A DNA stretch of 63,797 nt, counting the filler, from Octopus bimaculoides (lineage: Eukaryota): assembly GCF_001194135.2 (NCBI RefSeq). It is 4 parts of 4 records of this genome, joined end to end, with 100 filler letters (N's around TTAATTAATTAA, not from the genome) between each part and the next. Parts side by side here need not be neighbours in the genome. Positions count along the whole stretch, not along the records: positions 28,691 to 48,645 come from NC_068981.1; positions 48,746 to 61,454 come from NC_069000.1; 2 more parts are not named here. One strand, 5' to 3'. Under the pieces are notes generated by a model. It saw only the letters and a program-made list of their open reading frames with translations, did no database searches and was not told the DNA's origin. A program made the position numbers and the translations under genes. Of this stretch, positions 39,585-51,704 are shown in pieces. The number at the start of each line of letters is the position of its first letter. Position 1 is the first letter of the stretch.

Positions 39585-39824
39585 TACTTTTCATAAAAAG
39601 CCTTTACTTTTTTTATTTTCAATGTGCATTTTCGCTTATTTTTCTGCTTACTTTCCACTTAGATTTCCTCGTGTAGTTTCTATTTTGTTTTTGTAACATT
39701 TTTCTATTATATATACAAAAACAAAATAGAAACTACACGAGGAAATCTAAGTGGAAAGTAAGCAGAAAAATAAGCGAAAATGCACATTGAAAATCAAAAA
39801 AGTAAAGGCTTTTTGTGAAAAGTA
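39585..39824. repeat. Near-perfect 111-bp inverted repeat with an 18-nt loop
   Basis: Arms 39585-39695 and 39714-39824 are reverse complements with two mismatches by eye. Confidence 0.95.
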
Positions 39825-39829
39825 ACGAT

Positions 39830-40285
39830 AGATATATACAATTAGATGAACTGGGGTAGGAATAAAGGTAATAAAAGTCATTATTGTGAGTTGTTAAAGA
39901 GATTCAAAAGCATACCGGTTTCGTAATATTGCTTTGAATGCACACCGAATACTGAACGGTGTCAGGTCTATTAATCCCTTAGTAAAAAGATTATGTGTAA
40001 GGTAAGTAGTTCTGGATTTGGTGCAATTAGGGTAGATCTAGATCTGTAATGTGAATGGTGTATGGGGGTTAGTGGTATTAAATGGAAGATGAGTAGTTGT
40101 CTATATTATGTTACGGATTCATATTTAGTTGAGGAAGATATTTATTGATGAAAATTGCCTCTTTATTCATTCTTTGCTGTGTTGAGGTGTTCTGTGAACA
40201 TTGATAGAAGGGAAAAATTAGGAAATTAGGATTAAGATTCCTCGCACACCTTTCTATGTTTCCACTGACCTGTATCTGTCTGTAA
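39830..40285 (-). mobile_element. Penelope-like 3' fragment (end of GIY-YIG plus 3'UTR)
   Basis: Minus-strand STQQRMNKEAIFINKYLPQLNMNP matches the R..E..FI....P.LN tail of PLE endonucleases. Confidence 0.65.
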
Positions 40286-40329
40286 TGTGGGTGGCGGATT
40301 TGTTCTTTGTGGAGTGTGGTTCTTCTACG

Positions 40330-40990
40330 GAGTGATATTCCTGTTTGGCCGTTGTGTTAAACTGGGCGAAAACACTGCAGAAACTTATGAAATGTTCCAG
40401 ACTGCGTATATGCTAACCTGTATGAGCCGATATTTGTTGTTTTCGTTAGCACAAGGGGTTATGCAAAGCACTTCAACCACGAAACTATTGGTGACCCCAC
40501 TTTTCGATAGTAAGGACATCATCCCCATCCATTGGGCTCCCTTTGGCCAGACGTTCGACAAAGAGTACTTTGTGGAGGTTCTAAGGGAATTCAGAAAGAG
40601 GTTTAATTGCAAAAGGCCAGAGCTCTTTCACTCGGAAAGGCGGCACCTACAACAGGACAATGCGTTAGTCCACGATTCCATTTTGGTAACACACTACTAG
40701 ACAGAGATGGGTATGAAAATTACCTCACGCTCCCTACAGTCAAGACCTTGAGACCTGTAATGTTTGATTTTCCCTCAAGCTGAAAGAGACGAGGATCATA
40801 GCTGCGACAAGGATCTTGGACACCTTCATTTTGGAGGAGTTCCAAGGTGGCCTTCACGAAGTGGGTGGAGGGTCACAAGAAGTGCATTGTAGTTAGAGGA
40901 CTCTACTTTGAAGGAGATTAGGGTTTTGTACTTCCTTGAAATTAATAAATGTCCCTCATGAAAGTCTGAAAACTTCTGGAATGCATCTTG
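40330..40990 (+). mobile_element. Internally deleted mariner element
   Basis: CVKLGENTAETYEMFQTAY, LQQDNALVHDS, a degenerate YSPDLAP region, and a TIR-like 3' end. Confidence 0.8.
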
Positions 40991-42340
40991 CACACACGCA
41001 TACACAAACACGCACACACACACACACATGTCTGTGTGTGTGTGTGTTCGTCGAGAGTAGAGAGCTTGAAAATACTCTGGCATTTTCTCTTGCTGGCTGG
41101 TGCTCTGGTCTTGAGTAATTAACTGAAAAACTTAAACAAATATTTGGTTATGGATTTCCCAATCGCAGCATCAAGTACTAGGTTCCTTTTTAGGTACAGG
41201 AGGTAGGTTTTGAACTCAGAACATAATGAGGTGAAACAGATACCATAAGACATCTTTTCTAACGAATTAAAATTCCATTTGGGATTTATTTAGCGACCTT
41301 GAAAACAGGAAAGGCAAAGTTGATCTAAGCGGGATCTGAACTCGGATCGTAAAGAGCTGCAATAAATACCGAAAGTAGTCTATCCAAGACTAATGTGTGT
41401 GTGTGTGTGTGTGTGAGTGTGTATACATAAAGGGTGATAAATCTCCGTCGTTCGATTATGAAGATGCAGTTTGATCAAATGAAATAACGTGTATGTGGCT
41501 GAGTATTCAACAGACCCTTAACGCGATTGTCAGGTAAAATCAGTGTGACACGGTGTGTAATAAGGTAGTTGTACCTTTTGAATTACAGGTACAATCCACC
41601 TGGTTAGCTTCTATACAGTTTCTGTCTACCCGATTTTCACTCACAAACTATAGGTGGATCTGAGGCAAGAGAACTTGATTATTTGCCCACAATGCTACAC
41701 TGCAACATCGAACCCGGCACCTTGTGGTTGCCAAGCGAACTTCATAAACATTTGGTTACACACACACACACATTTACATTGTGGCTGTTAAGTAATAAAT
41801 AAACATTTACTGATGAAAGGCCTTGATATTGGTTGTGGAGTCAAATTTATTATATATAGTGATTGATGTGACTTCAACTTTATTCTCTCGAGGATTATTC
41901 AAACAGTAAGCAAAAGGCAAATTTTGTAACAGATATTTATACATAAAAAAAAAAATTCAATAAAAAAATGTATGGCGGAAGGTGGAGATTTGTTTGTGTG
42001 AGGTGGTTTTAAAAATTTAGTTTGTTGTCAGACGAAGGTAGTAAATAAAATTTTAATTTATGGCGTTGAAAATGCTTTTATATATATGACAAAGGAAAAA
42101 TATAAATATTGGCCGATATATTGTAGGTAAATTAGACTAGTATAGGACTGAAATGTTTGAAATATAATCATATAAGAATATATATAGACAAACAAATATT
42201 CCAGTATATTGCTCCCTGTTTAAGCCTCGTGAAGCAATATTTGCAGTCACAATAACTATGTGTGTGTACCTACCTACCTACCTACCTACATACATACATA
42301 CATATATACATACGTACGTACATATGTATGCATGCATGCA

Positions 42341-42393
<53 letters not shown>

Positions 42394-42611
42394 NNNNNNN
42401 NNNNNNNNNNNNNNNNNNNNNNNNNNNNNNNNNNNNNNNNNNNNNNNNNNNNNNNNNNNNNNNNNNNNNNNNNNNNNNNNNNNNNNNNNNNNNNNNNNNN
42501 NNNNNNNNNNNNNNNNNNNNNNNNNNNNNNNNNNNNNNNNNNNNNNNNNNNNNNNNNNNNNNNNNNNNNNNNNNNNNNNNNNNNNNNNNNNNNNNNNNNN
42601 NNNNNNNNNNN

Positions 42612-42817
42612 TACGTGGGTGTGCTGGAAAGTTCCTAGCTTTGAGGCTTAGCTGGAAGCCCAACATCCCGAGTTCTTTTACAGGCCTTAGAAAAACTGAA
42701 GGACCGTTGCAATATGTGTGTGAATCTGAGAGGGGATATGTTGAATAAAATCATAATTAACAAATCCTCCTCTATGTTCTTTTACCCAACGCCAGGAACT
42801 TTTCAGCATCCCTCGTA
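42612..42817. mobile_element. Mariner-derived MITE with both TIRs
   Basis: Left tacgtgggtgtgctggaaagttcctagc, right gccaggaacttttcagcatccctcgta, with TA at the ends. Solo right ends also occur at about 58213 and 60560. Confidence 0.8.
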
Positions 42818-42864
42818 TGTGTGTGTGTGTGTGTATTTATATATATATATATATACATACTCAG

Positions 42865-42919
<55 letters not shown>

Positions 42920-43404
42920 GTCTGTCTGTCTGTCCATCTGTGTGTGTGTATGTGTGTGTGCATGTGTGTGTGTGTTATCCGTTCACAATTGAGTAGACTG
43001 GAGCAATGTGAAAGGAAGTGTTTTGCTTAGGAACACAACGCTCCGTTGGTCTGAGAATCAAAACCACGATCTTGCGTCAACACCTTAGCCACTATATGCA
43101 CAACTTAATATCAGTTTATTGTGAGAGCGCATGTAATCCGGTACGGTTTGTTGCATAATCAAGTCGTCGGTCACTAAAAGGGCACCCACAATGCCAACCT
43201 GTTGAAGAGGATTGCTAGAAATCCAGCTGGACAAAAACAATATCTCCCAAAAATATGGATGGGCCAAGCGGATGGTCAATGATTTCACTCTTATACAGGA
43301 ATATTGAGATTTAGAAATTCCAGGGTGTACCCGGCGCACTCCAAAAGCCACGGGAAATGAAGTATCTTAGCTTTTGTAAAAACACTGCATTATCAGTAGC
43401 ATTT

Positions 43405-43597
43405 CAGTAACGTTAGCACGCCGGGTGAAATGCTTAGCGGTATTTCGTCTGTCTTTACGTTCTGAGTTCAAATTCCGCCGAGGTCGACTTTGCCTTTCAT
43501 CCTTTCGGGGTCGACAAATTAAGTACTGGTTGCGTACTGGAGTCGATCTAATCGACTGGCCCACTCCCCCAAAATTTCGGGCTTTGTGCTTAGAGTA
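43405..43597 (+). mobile_element. SINE family A copy
   Basis: Same core in sense orientation. Confidence 0.85.
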
Positions 43598-43879
43598 GAA
43601 AAGATTATCGGTAGCATTTCAGCTATGAACGTTCCACCTTTTTAGATGTATGTAGCTATGACTGCAACACCAATGCATTTTTCTTGTTTAATATTTCAAC
43701 TTTCCTATAGCTACAGCACCTAAATGGAGTAATGAACGTAGATCTAGGATATAGCGTTCTCAAAGTGAAGTACCGTTCTCGTATATGGGACGGTGCTGCT
43801 GCTGCACACAGACATTCCAGACCTCACCTCACAAAAAAAGAAAAAAAGTAGTGAGGAGTCACTCGTTTGGTTGGGATGA

Positions 43880-44060
43880 AGTCGTTCACCACAAAACTCC
43901 TATCTCTAGTTCACAGACATGCTGTCTCCTCACTCTACCTTTCTACAGTGGCTTCTGATCCTCGCGATTGGCTGCTCTCGTGCTATTTCCTCTTAAGCAC
44001 CCTCGAATCACTCGTCTCTGCTATTCTTGTCATCCATTTTGTGTTTTCCGCAATATTTTT
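43880..44060 (+). mobile_element. CR1-like LINE tail fragment
   Basis: Frameshifted HRHAVSSLYLF...HPRITRLCYSCHPFCVF resembles the CR1 ORF2 C-terminus. Confidence 0.45.
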
Positions 44061-45775
44061 CAATTAAACACAATAAGGTGAAGGTAGAGTTACCTTCTCG
44101 AGTCATACTGACTCATAAGGGCTGGTTTCCCGGTTTCCATGACATATAAATTTCCCAGCTGGACGGGACGCCGGTCCGTTGCAGGATTACTCACATTTGT
44201 CAGCTGAGTGGATTGGAGCAACGTGAAATGAGGTGTTTTGCTCAAGAACACAACCTGTCGCCCGGTCCTGGAATCGAAACCATAACCTTACTATCATGAG
44301 TCGAACACTCTAACCACTAGCCACTGTACCCTGCCCTTAAACCGTAATACATCAACCTACTGGAATTCTATTCAAGTCCATATTTTTCATACATCTACCA
44401 GCTTGGAACTGTTTAAAAGGACCGTGAAGAGTCGTTCTCATCTGCGATGGCCATAGGCAAGGTTTCTTTCTCCAGACAACCCACCAAAAACAAAAAGAAA
44501 AAGAAAAAGGAAATGGATTGAGTAACCATGTAACAGTTCCCTCGTTGACTTGTCTTATATTTGTTAGTAAGTTTTTATGTTGTGAAATATGATTGTCTTA
44601 TTTTACATAAATTTAAAGACTTTTAGCGTACTTCTTTTAACAGTATACTCGGAGCTAGGTTACAGGAAGAGTATTCATACATATTGTTGCTGTTTATGTT
44701 TTAATTAGTTTTTACAAAAGTACACACACGCACAAATACCCACCCACATATACAGACACACTCATAAATGTATATGCATGCACACATACAAATATAAACA
44801 TACACACATATATATGTGCACATATGAAGCAAACTCAATTAACCGTTATACATTATTATAATTATCCACAAGCAAAGGCTCTCTCTTTCATGCATTTTGA
44901 CGTTGGCAGAAATAATTGTCCGTACAGTTGGACATTAGCTCTCTTGCATCACTTAGTCCTCTCTCGCATCATAGAACTCAATGACAGCTATATTTCAGCA
45001 TAATTGTTTTTCACTTTGTTTGTTGGTAGTGTAGTGAAGGTGGTGGTGATCGAGAAGGTTATATCTATCAAGTGGACAGTTTTATGGACATGACATAACT
45101 AATTGAAAAAGAGTCTTATCACCCTTAGCTTAGTGTTTCGTTCTTATAAGCCATTGATTTTTCAAGCTTTCACTTTGTTTTCATCAGTTCAAGCAAAGTC
45201 ATATCTATAAACGAACACCCGCTGCGACTGAGACCAAAACTGTACAATTAGTTAACCAACTGTTAATGTAACTAAATATTTATACGAAGGTGGATGGACG
45301 GTGGATGGCAGAATCAAGAGTGGACCGGACAAAATTGCTTGCGGTATTTAACTTAAATCCTTTTAAGCTTTGAGTTCAAATCCCGTTGGTGTTTTCTTTG
45401 CCTTTTATGTTTCTGGCGTCGATAAAATAAATACAAATTAAGTGCCGGGTCGATCTAATCGATTATCCATAGCCGCGTGCCAATGTTAGAAAACAACAGT
45501 TAATTTGAATGTGAGGAGAGTGGATGGAAGAATTATTACAGATTCGAACAAACTGCGTTGTTTAATTCATCATCATCTTCATTAGTTATCGACTCCAACT
45601 TGAACTTGAGTTGGGACACGATGACGGACTTATCACATATTCCGCTCGGTCCTTAATGTTTAGTTATGTCTCATTAAGTTCTGAGTTCAAAAGACTGGAA
45701 GGATTTAGTAAGTTGTTGTATATATAAGAATGGGTGTATATTGCGTGCTTCTATATGTATGTGTAATATATGTTG

Positions 45776-45944
45776 GCACTAGCATAGCTAGAGTGGGGAG
45801 GAGGGGTGGTCTGCTCCGGCAGCACTTTAATGGGGTGGCACCACTTTTGGGTCTGCTGTAGGCAATATGTATTTATTTATGGGTGCCAGAGGGCGGCAAA
45901 CTGAAGGGCTGCCTCGGGCGATACACACTCTAGTTACGCTGGTG
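45776..45944. mobile_element. Degenerate hAT-type MITE
   Basis: Imperfect TIRs cactagcatagctagagtg and cactctagttacgctggtg. Confidence 0.5.
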
Positions 45945-45954
45945 TATATTAATT

Positions 45955-46155
45955 ACAAATTTTGGTACAAGACCAGCAATTTTGGAGTGGAAGGAGGAGC
46001 TAAGTCGATTAAATCGACACCAGTGCTCAACTGGTACTTATTTTATTGAGCTCGAAAGGATGGAAAGTAAAGGCAAAGTCGACTCAAGCAGAATTTGAAC
46101 CTAGAACAGAAAGGCGGACGAAATGCCGCCAAGCATTTTGCCGGACATGCAAACA
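45955..46155 (-). mobile_element. SINE family A copy
   Basis: Same core. Confidence 0.8.
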
Positions 46156-47895
46156 TTTCTGCCAGCTCGCTGCCTTTATGTTTAATATATATTGCGATTT
46201 ATTTCATTTTTATATATCAGTCTTTTAGTAAGAGTATACATCACACAAACACATAATGTGTCGTATATGACTGAATATAAGGAACATTTTCCTCCAAAAG
46301 TGCCTCAGAAACTCGGTATCTTATAAAAAAAAAAGGTTAGGGTTGGGAATATGGCAAGAAAGTCAGGGTTCAGGCACTGTAGTGTCCACAAAATGGACTG
46401 TAATCATCTCTCTCTCTCACAAACCTGCTTCCCCGAGTCATTAGTATTTTCTGAGGAAGCAGCGCAAATCTGTAGAACTTACTTCACATGAACACCAGCC
46501 AGGAAGAAAATTGAATGATTGTTGTCGACCATACACGTAAACAAACTAGCAGTCAATTGTGCACTAAACTTTAGATCCTACGCTATTCCCACTACGTTTC
46601 CTTTAGCTTGAAGCCAGTGATCATCGCGGTAAGACACTAACCTTGAGAAAAATGTTAACTTACAGTGCAATGTTTGTTTAATTGATAAAAATAATCTATT
46701 TTGGAGAGAAAAGTGATTAGACCTTTACAGACGGTTTAACTTTCATTACAATATTTGTCTATTTGATAGATACAAACATTCTGCTGTTGAACGGACATCT
46801 CGTTCAAGTTTAAAACTTTCAGGTTGCTATTAACCCCAGCATATAGAAAACATGTTTATACAATTGCCTACAAGTTACAAGTAATAATAGAGTGAACTTT
46901 GAAACGGATGTTTGAATGTCCTAATATCTAATAATATTGGACGGCAGCAGTAAAAGCGATGATTTCCTGAAAGAAAATGGAGGGAAAACTTTTCCCAAAC
47001 TTTTCAGAAGCTGGACCCATTCAGTTATCCTCATGACTCAAGCACGTTGAAGATTTATTTTTGTTTATTTAGAATATCGTACATTCATGAAAAGCAGGAA
47101 GCAATAAAGAAAATATAGAAACTTTTGCCAAAGTATTCCTACATATTTACAAGTGAAATAAGTGCTGTGAGCCATAATCTGTGTTATTTTCATTACTGTA
47201 TTGGAATAAATGTGAGTCAACATAATTTTTCCACACAATTTTGCATAGAGAAGTTATAATAACAATTAATTTGACACTAACTATGTTGACATGATAGTTG
47301 CCCAAGACAAAAGTAATCTAGGCACACCGGTTGGTTCTGATGGTTCCTCTGGAAAACATTAAAAAAATAGTTTTACAAAGTGGTAAGTTCCCGCAAAACC
47401 TGAATAACAATATATTTTTCATCCATAAGTCAAAGAAACGAAATATCGGTGTGAAACAGATTACACTCCTAGATAAAAATGACTTCCTAAGCGACACCAG
47501 CATGGTTCCTGACTAAGAAACTAAGCATGGTTCCTGCCTTGTACAATTGATGCAGCATTATGTTAAAACAGGTGCTCAACCAGTCTATTGACTGGTTTTT
47601 CTCTCAAACCAGGTGCCTGCTTCGAGTCCTTGAAAGTGAATCAATTCCACTAAATGTACCCAATAGCCGGAGATGCTGTTAAAAATGAACAGCATTTTAG
47701 GCTTATCGCGTTCTATCGACATTAAAGAGCAGCGGTTGTAGTATGTTTTATGGTAAGGCCAGCAATAGAAAGGTTAACTGTCAACATAACATTTAGAAAG
47801 TTAGAGATATTAACATAAAACCCAAAAGTTCTAATCGATTTTAGCACTGAAAAATAAATGGTTTGTCTTGACCATTTATAAGATAATATAAGATG

Positions 47896-47941
<46 letters not shown>

Positions 47942-48354
47942 AAAGAAGGTTATTGATGTACTGTATAGTGTGGTAAAAGTTGGAAATAAAAAGAAGATCG
48001 TTGGGAGTGAGCGATATTTATATTTTTGCACTTTGGTATTGGGCAGATAAGTACGTGCAAGTTATTTTCAATAAAATTTCTAATATATTGTTAGAAAAAG
48101 ACTCACCTATACATTTCAGTGTAATGTGCAATAACTTGAATGTAAGGCTTACCTGAAAATAACAAAAGAAGTAAAAATAATCATTTTACATGTATAACAG
48201 TTAAAAAAATGTATATATATATGTATATATATATAAAAGAAGTAAAAATAATCATATAACATGTATAACAGTTAAAAAATGTCAGCATGGTCACAGCTCA
48301 TGAGCTGAAACTAGATAAAATGAAAATGAAAAAAATGAAACATATATATATATA

Positions 48355-48445
48355 CTAGCAGAAATACCCGGCGTTGCCCGGGTTAAAGAGAATAATGAAA
48401 TCTAAAAACGCCGTCTAGACTACGCATCATCTTTATATATAGAGA
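48355..48445 (-). mobile_element. 91-bp non-autonomous Helitron with both termini
   Basis: Minus strand A|TCTCTATATATAAAG...CCCGG-GCAACG-CCGGG-TATTTCTG-CTAG|T: 5' TC, 3' hairpin plus CTAG, inserted between A and T. Confidence 0.85.
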
Positions 48446-48645
48446 TGTATATACACACACGCACCCAAACACACGTATATATATATGTATATCAATATAA
48501 ATATATGAAAGTCAATGAAGTTTCGTAAAAGAACGTGATCATGTACATACTTTCTTGCTGTTGTGATTATAACACCTCGTTGTAAACTATGTTCCTTGTT
48601 TTCCCTTGTGGAGCATATACAAATAGTTTTTTTTTTGCTGCCCAC

Positions 48646-48745
48646 NNNNNNNNNNNNNNNNNNNNNNNNNNNNNNNNNNNNNNNNNNNNTTAATTAATTA
48701 ANNNNNNNNNNNNNNNNNNNNNNNNNNNNNNNNNNNNNNNNNNNN
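48646..48745. other. Artificial scaffold join
   Basis: Same 100-bp construct, lying 253 bp past MMP exon 4. Confidence 0.95.
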
Positions 48746-48759
48746 ATATATATATGTAT

Positions 48760-48792
<33 letters not shown>

Positions 48793-48998
48793 TGTGTGTG
48801 TGTGTGTGTGTATGTGTGCGTGCGTGTGTATGCGCAATATGTAACTGTATTATTTTCTATACAATCCATGGGTTTCAGATACGTTAGAAAATTTACTATG
48901 CAATTTTGTGCAACATAACCGATCGAGTAACATAATGTAGTTCTTGTCAGATGTGATCAGAATAACAGAACATGAGACATTATTATAAGAATACAAAC

Positions 48999-49074
48999 CT
49001 GGCATCATTCTGAGATATTTTTTGTGAGTACTTTATGAATTTGTATGTCAATCGAGTTATATTCCATTTCACCA
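48999..49074 (-). CDS. Matrix metalloproteinase exon 4 (start of catalytic domain)
   Basis: Acceptor ttttcttttgcag|, translation VKWNITRLTYKFIKYSQKISQNDA(R), matching the MMP KWxxxxLTYxF motif. Donor AG|GTTTGT, phase 1 to 2. Confidence 0.88.
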
Positions 49075-49189
49075 CTGCAAAAGAAAATTGTGTGGTTTTT
49101 AAGGAAGGTAACTTATGTATAAACATTATTACTTACTTTTTGTCTATCTTCACCGATGGTCAATGTTTGGTAATGGGTATGATCGAGAA

Positions 49190-49480
49190 TATAAGAGGCC
49201 GAAACGGGGTCCCTCGGAAGGATTCTGGAGTAACGTTATTCGACAAGGTCGGTAACTCGGAGATCAAAGAGTCTCTTCTGGTCGTGCCGCTACTTCTCCG
49301 CACGGAGAGATCACAGATCCGCTATTACGGACATGTGCTTAGAATATCACGGGAAAGAATCGCAAGAGGGTTTCTTCAAGCCGAGCCAACCAGCAGGAGA
49401 CATTAGTGGTTGACCAAGAACGAGATGGTTGAATAATATTCATAGCCTCATTTGGTCAGAAAGTGTAACGATGGTTGCTT
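49190..49480 (+). mobile_element. RTE-type LINE C-terminal fragment in MMP intron 3
   Basis: LLRTERSQIRYYGHVLRISRERIARGFLQAEP, followed by an (R)PRTRW-like motif. Confidence 0.75.
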
Positions 49481-50315
49481 GTGATAGGACCCTGTGGAGA
49501 AAGTGCCAGGTGACTCTGCCCATGCAGCACTCTCATGAATAGAGGGTAGAGAGGACGGATGGGTGGATGGAGTTGAGTAGCTTGTCACATCAGGGATGCT
49601 ACACGAATCATAAACTGAAACCAGCATTGAACGACAGACAAAAACTATACGAAGCAGACCGGTTACTATAACAAACCCAATTTGCACATATCATTACCTT
49701 CTCTCATAGATCTGAGCGACAACAATAGCTTTATTCCATTTCGCATTTTTCCACATGATGAAAGGATCCTGACACAGAAATATCGAAGAATTAACAGACA
49801 AAAAATTCAACTTTTGTTTTGTCTTCTCTTCTGTAGTTTACTTTTGTATTTCGTTTCACGTTGTTTTGACATTATCAAGTTTCTAATTTGCAAGATTCTT
49901 TATGTGAATTCGTGTATTGAAACACATTTTGTTGTGTCTGAGAAATGTCATACTACCTTAATATCTAACACACTCACCGATTCAAATTCCACTCATTTAT
50001 TATTATTATCATTATTATTATTATTTTTTGTTTTGTGTGTGTCTTCCAAAATTTTCGTTGCTTTTGCAAACTTAACAAGGTTGTAAAAGCAATGAAAATT
50101 TTGGGAAGGTAAAAATATAAATAATAAATGAGTGGAAATTGAACCGGTTAGTGTGTTAGATATTAAGGCAGTATGACTCTCCCCAGACACAACAAAATAA
50201 AGAAGTAAGTTTATTAATAGCGTGCTGTGAAAGGTACTGTGAAACAGAGCCGCCAAGTAAACTAGTTTGGCAGCTACGGGAAGTTCCTGCTCGTAAATTA
50301 GTGCGGATTATTATA

Positions 50316-50727
50316 AGGCGGCGAGCTGGCAGAATCGTTAGCACTCCGGGAAAAATACGTTCTGAGTTCAAATTCCGCCTATGTGGTCTTTCGAGGTCAA
50401 TGAAAATAATTACCAATTGAGTACTGTGGTAGGTGTAACCGCCTTGTCCCTTTCCCCGAAACTGCTGGCCTTGTGCCAAAATTTGAAATCAATATATTAT
50501 ACAGGTTGAAGGGCCGACGAACTGGCGGAATCGTTAGCGCTCCGGAGACGGGGGACACTTAGCAGCATTTTGTCCGTCTTTACGTTCTGAGTTCAAATTC
50601 CGCCGATCTCGACTTTACCTTTCCTCCTTTCAGGATCGATAAAAATAAATACCAGTTGAGTACTGGGGTCAATATAATAATTATCCCACCCCCAAAGTTG
50701 CTGTCCTTGTGCCAAAATTTGAAACCA
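50316..50727 (+). mobile_element. Two tandem SINE family A copies in MMP intron 3
   Basis: aaggcggcgagctggcagaatcg... at about 50316 and gccgacgaactggcggaatcg... at about 50516. Confidence 0.85.
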
Positions 50728-50825
50728 AATCAATGCGGATTTTAAGAGTTTCCGAACAATATGTGTCCAGAAAGTCGGGGTGCTATACCTGCACTTATAT
50801 ACAATGACACTGAAAAACGACTTGC

Positions 50826-50944
50826 CTTTTGAATGTTCTGTGTTCATAACATCAGAGACACCACAACGAGGCATTGACATAACCTTTAATGTAGCTTGGT
50901 CAACTTGCCCCGTGACGTTAAGTTGAAGAAAATCTTGAAACTTC
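50826..50944 (-). CDS. Matrix metalloproteinase exon 3 (prodomain with cysteine switch)
   Basis: Acceptor ttcgatttcag|, translation KFQDFLQLNVTGQVDQATLKVMSMPRCGVSDVMNTEHSK, matching the MMP FQxFxxLxxTGxxDxxTxxxMxxPRCGVxD signature. The 3' end is placed at AAG|GCAAGT (GC donor). Confidence 0.92.
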
Positions 50945-50964
50945 CTGAAATCGAATAAAATATA

Positions 50965-51110
50965 TTGGTCATCTCATAAATAATGTAGTTTTTTCAATTG
51001 CATGAACTAAAAGTCGGAGGGGGATGGGATAAACTACCTGCATCAACTTGCTATAAAAGCAGGTAGTAATTTTACCTTCTACTTATGCTTAGTGCAAGTT
51101 TTGAAGAATG
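50965..51110 (+). mobile_element. 5' end of the same mariner family as 10150-11168
   Basis: gcatgaactaaaagtcggaggggg...ctgcatcaacttgctataaaagcaggtagtaatt matches the reverse complement of about 11063-11135. Confidence 0.8.
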
Positions 51111-51704
51111 CAAATATATATGTATGTATGTATGCACATATGTCTATATATATANNNNNNNNNNNNNNNNNNNNNNNNNNNNNNNNNNNNNNNNNNNNNN
51201 NNNNNNNNNNNNNNNNNNATATACAACCAGTGTTGGTGTGCTTACGTTCCCGTAACTTAACGGGGCAGCAAAAGGGAGCGATAGAGTAAGTACCATTCTT
51301 GAGGAACTAAAATAAGCACTGGGATTGATTCATTCAATTAAAAGTTCTTCAAGATGGTGCCCCAGTATGGCCGCAGTCTAATAATTGAAACTAATAAAAG
51401 ACAAAGGATATGATATATACTTCTATTGTGTTTCCTTACTACATCAGATTACTAACTATACGAACGGATCAAACTTTTATCCATTGAAAATTTGAATAAT
51501 ATTACGGTGATAACTACTGTGTTGAAAACGTCTCGAAAGACCCTTAAAACCAGGAACGTAATTGCGTTTATGTATTTGTTTTGCAAGATTCTTGATATGA
51601 AATCGTGTATTGAAGCCTATTGTTATACTTGGGGATGGTCATATTATTGTCAGTTACCCTCACGCCCTATATACTTGGTCTTCTCTTCAGCTTTATTATT
51701 ATGA

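Noticed and set aside
49697-49770. Possible extra MMP exon between exons 3 and 4
   Set aside because: It fits only with the alternative phase-2 GT donor and gives about 35 extra residues with no MMP similarity. The GC junction is more parsimonious, but this is not excluded without reads.
49880-49935. Hammerhead reading of the gcaagattc(c/t)tgatgtg...gaaac repeat family (also 7335, 38480, 51585)
   Set aside because: The core lacks the conserved A9 in every copy seen here. It would need a family consensus to revive.
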